Shown here: piece after piece, positions 60,484 through 64,000 of the stretch
Position numbering within the stretch: position 1 is the first letter of the stretch
Layout of the letters: each line of letters begins with the position of its first letter
NCBI GenBank assembly: GCA_036172245.1
Contig: JAYWIR010000095.1
Coordinates: 124,001-188,000 of the forward strand
Source of the DNA: Raillietiella orientalis
Lineage: Eukaryota
Reading direction: 5' to 3'
Length of the DNA stretch: 64,000 nt
Made by a program: the position numbers and the translations under genes
Notes under the pieces: generated by a model
What the model was told of the DNA's origin: nothing
Database searches by the model: none
Seen by the model: the letters and a program-made list of their open reading frames with translations, nothing else

Positions 60484-62739
60484 AGATTCGGAAGATTCAG
60501 TGTCTGGTCCTTCTTCACCCCCAGCATCATCGGAGGTTTCGACCTTTCACGGAGCATCGGGAGGCGCTGCATTGTGAGGTCTCAAGGGTCATTCCAGTAA
60601 ATGCGGAATGCATTTTCAAACATGGAGCCCGGTTCTCGCATTGTGTTGGTAGGTATTCCAGGAACATAGCAACGAAATTCCCATCCATGTGTTGAAGATT
60701 TAAACCTGTCCTCCACCTCCACCCGTGTCAGACAACGGTGTTCCAGGATCACCCCTTGCGCCGGTTGTCGGTCTTGATCGCATCCAGACGAACCGTGACT
60801 CCCCCAAAATGAGGACGCTCTTTTTGGTGTGTGGGGACTCTTCACGTGTGGATGCTGAGGCCCACCGCCGATTGCAGATTTGCCGGTTCTCAGAAAAGCC
60901 AAGAATCACCGCGACAACATCGACAGCACTCGGAAAATGACCGCGCGAACGTTGAGGTTGGTGTTTTTCTCCAGAAAGTGCATTTTCGGTTCCATACGAA
61001 TTTCCCACCGGCATTGCTTGCATTTTGGATTCGAAGGAAGCATCCGTCGGGAGGCGAACAAGTGTTTTGAGCGATGGGAGTGCCGTTCGCTGGCCGTAAA
61101 GCAACAAAAGAAACGAAAGGAAATACGAGCCTGCAAAAAAAAAGAAAAAGGGAACCCATTCCGTTTTGCAGCCCTCAGGAAAGCTCACCAGTATTTCTGA
61201 GGGTACAAAAAAACTGTGGATTCGTAGGGACCGGGAGGCCGGCTCGGAATTCGCGAGTCACATTCTCGGTTTTCGAAAACACCCCGTCATGGCGCCACTC
61301 TCGTTCGGCCAAAGTGCGAACCGAAAAGTGTCCGAAATGATCACCTCAATTGGAGCGATGATGTAATGGAATTCCTGCTGGATTTTTAACCATGGATACG
61401 CTGACGACGCTCAGTCGCAGCCAAGAGGCTCTCCGAACGCAGTATTTTTTTGTCGTACTCTGCTGCTTGCCGTTTCTTGTAGTCGAGAGATGAACGCGAC
61501 ATTCCTTGCTCATTTGCTCATCAGTGGAAGAACTCATTCCGCTGAGCTACGGTGGCAGCAGCAGCCAGAAAGAAGAAAAAAAAGTTTGCCATGCATCCAC
61601 ATATGAATTTCAAATTTTTCTTTGCTGCAGTTGGAAACATGGTGTGCGGAAGATGCGACTGATGTTTGATCGCACCAAAGGAATCGTCCGACGGGTTGCA
61701 AGGTGCGTCGAGGAGGGTGTTCCGAGGTGTCCCAACGATGGAGACAACGACAAAGTGAAGCCGGCAAATCTGCAGCGGTGCAGCAAAAGCGGTGGGTTTC
61801 CGCGGCAGCACATTTTCGTCCGAGGTGCGGCGGAGGAAAGGTCAGCCAGCAGGCACGCAGAACTTTCGATAACGTGCGACCCCGGCAGAGCGAATTCGGG
61901 CGGGACAGCCATCGATGAATTGGAGGGTCAATCTTTGAAATGCCCGAAATGCTAGAGACGACTTTTGGGAGCGGGAAAGGAAAGCTTTCGAGTCCCACCA
62001 GGCATGGCAAACGGTACGTGGCATGGCGTGATGTGGGAATGGGCTTTTACCCTCATTGACCACGCATGTGGGCGCAAGGGGTTTTCACTTGAAACTAAGA
62101 TCGGGAGGACTTCGAAGTTCCTTGATCGGGCAGCAACTCGTCGCAAGCGGGGGTGCAGTATGCGACGGCTTTGCAGTGTGAGGCGAATGGAAATAGCGGA
62201 GCCTTCCGCTCAAGGTGGTGATGGCACGCGGCTGTTCTTCGAAGTTGGCAGCTCTTCCGTCCTTCTACGCTTCACCTTCGTCATCGTGAATTTTACGAGC
62301 GACGTGTTGCACGAGGCCTCCGATTGCAGACGTTTCCGGCAACCTAGATTCCATCGTAGGCCCCCTATTCGTGAATCAGTCTGAAGGAAGCACGGAAAAA
62401 GAGAAAATGCAAGCTTGTCTCACTGATTGCAGACCATGGTGTGACTCCCGTCTTCTTTTGTGCCACTAACATCCAGCTTCGGACTGTCGGAAAGGTGAGC
62501 GAGAACAGCGACCAGAGGAGAGAAAACAAACGAGAGCGATACCGGGAATATGGAACTCAAGGAACCACAGAACAAAGTGGATAAGAAGGGCGAACGCTTG
62601 CTATTGCTTGCGATTCACTGAAGAAAGAATCCGACTCTAGGGAATGCCTGATGAAGAGAAGCCTCGCTGCGAATACTTCTTCATCGCATACCAATTGCTG
62701 AAAAAGAAAATCTGCAAAGTATGAAACATCTAACCAGGA

Positions 62740-64000
62740 ATGAAGAGCGGAAGGAGGCGGAGGATCGATGCGAGAGACGGACCCTCCATCCAGAAGCTCC
62801 GCAACAGAAACAGAAGAAGAGCAGCCCGAGCCATCCTGGGCCAGCAGGACCAGGCATGTGAACTGCAACCGGAGGTACTCGAGAAGCATTCCGATACAGA
62901 ATTAAAAGTGAAATGCAAGCCGGATGAAGACCTCTCAAAGGACACACTGGTGGGAAGAAACAACGAAACACTCCTCTTAGATTTATCTCCATTTACTCAG
63001 GAGGAGGCAATGGCAATACCGCCCAATGCAGAAAATTCCTTTCCTGGAGAAGCGTGGACACGCAAGCAGAGATGCTAACGGTAATATTCAACCTTCCGTG
63101 AAAGTTTCCTTGGATACCGGAAGGGTGTTGGTGCACCAGAACTGTACTTCTAGCGAGGAAACCCTGCGCAGCAAAGGAGATCTCCAGCCTCAGGCCAACA
63201 TTCATCTGAAGCAGCGTGTAGGGCTGCATACCAAATGCCTGGTCTCCAGACTCCGACTCTGAATCACGTAAAACGAAGGAATGGACGCTAAAAAAAAAGG
63301 GCTTCCTTCCCTTTCATGGGGTACTCGAGCAGAACTTTGTTTTCCAGAAGAGACTGGGCTCTGCTTGTCGCTGGTCGCGAGATTTTTGCCCTGTCTTTAT
63401 AGACTTCGCGAAAGCTTTCGAGACAGCTTCCCATGAGATGGTCCAGGGAACAATTAAGGAGTCAGCAGATTCATCAACATGATTCAAGACATCCACTCTG
63501 GAAGCCCCACTTTGATTCGACTGGAGTCAGCATCAAGAAGAACCTCTTCCTTGCGGCGAGAAGGGAAGCAGGGCTGCCCACTGAGCTCACTCCTCTTTAT
63601 CGAGCCTATCCTTTGCTCGATGAGGGGAAACTACGGGGAGGAAGCAATGCTGCCATACGCTGACCACGCCCTCATGCAGCAGTCCGGCAAGGTGCGCCTC
63701 GTTACATAACAGAGGGAAAAAGGCGAAAAGGGCGTGGGAAATAAATATAGGCATGAGAAAAGGGAGCATCTTTTGTGTTGCCTCATCAGAGACACAGGAA
63801 TACTTGGGGAAATCGTTCGGAGTCAAGGTGTTCCATTCGTGTCCGTCGAAGGAGGAAATCTGCCAAAAGACAAGTGCCATCCTAGATAGTGGACGATCGG
63901 GTCGGCGGCAAATGGACGCCTCCTACTTCAGAAAGACCTCCTTCTTTCCCAGTTTCGTTCAATACGGGAGGATGACAACCCACTTAAAGGATGAATGGCA
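62740..64000 (+). mobile_element. decayed non-LTR retrotransposon, Utopia/NeSL-R2-like reverse transcriptase (runs off window)
   Basis: IQKLRNRNRRRAARAILG, PFTQEEA..AENSFPG, KGFLPFHGVLEQNFVFQ, FIDFAKAFETASH, KQGCPLSSLLF, YADH (decayed YADD), EYLGKSFG, KTSFFPS; frameshifts and deletions. Confidence 0.85.

Noticed and set aside
1..64000. CRISPR arrays, rRNA, tRNA or operon-like prokaryotic systems
   Set aside because: None seen; the window is a spliceosomal-intron animal locus

Overview
Eukaryotic (arthropod, probably chelicerate) genomic window, not prokaryotic. Bases 1-39186 (+) carry most of a dachsous (ds/DCHS) giant protocadherin gene. I reconstructed 16 coding exons by hand from GT-AG sites with frame continuity (8877 nt, 2958 aa plus stop). 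They encode 24 cadherin repeats (the expected EC4-EC27 of 27; the 5' end lies upstream of the window), one TM helix and a Ds-type cytoplasmic tail ending TELRI. Intron sizes are strongly bimodal: 44-92 nt mini-introns versus 0.8-22.4 kb. The first ~16 kb (first exon plus most of the 22.4 kb intron) is a very GC/CpG-rich domain with candidate enhancer motif clusters (TCF, Cad/Abd-B/Hox, RFX X-boxes). The long ORFs there are spurious. Decayed transposons are present: pogo/Tigger in the big intron, and hAT, piggyBac and a Utopia/NeSL-like non-LTR element downstream. The most unusual signal is a perfect 38-nt inverted copy of an exonic DxNDN Ca2+-linker sequence in the nearby upstream intron, a possible pre-mRNA duplex or editing-complementary sequence. 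Composition figures are by-eye estimates; family assignments come from remembered motifs, not database searches.
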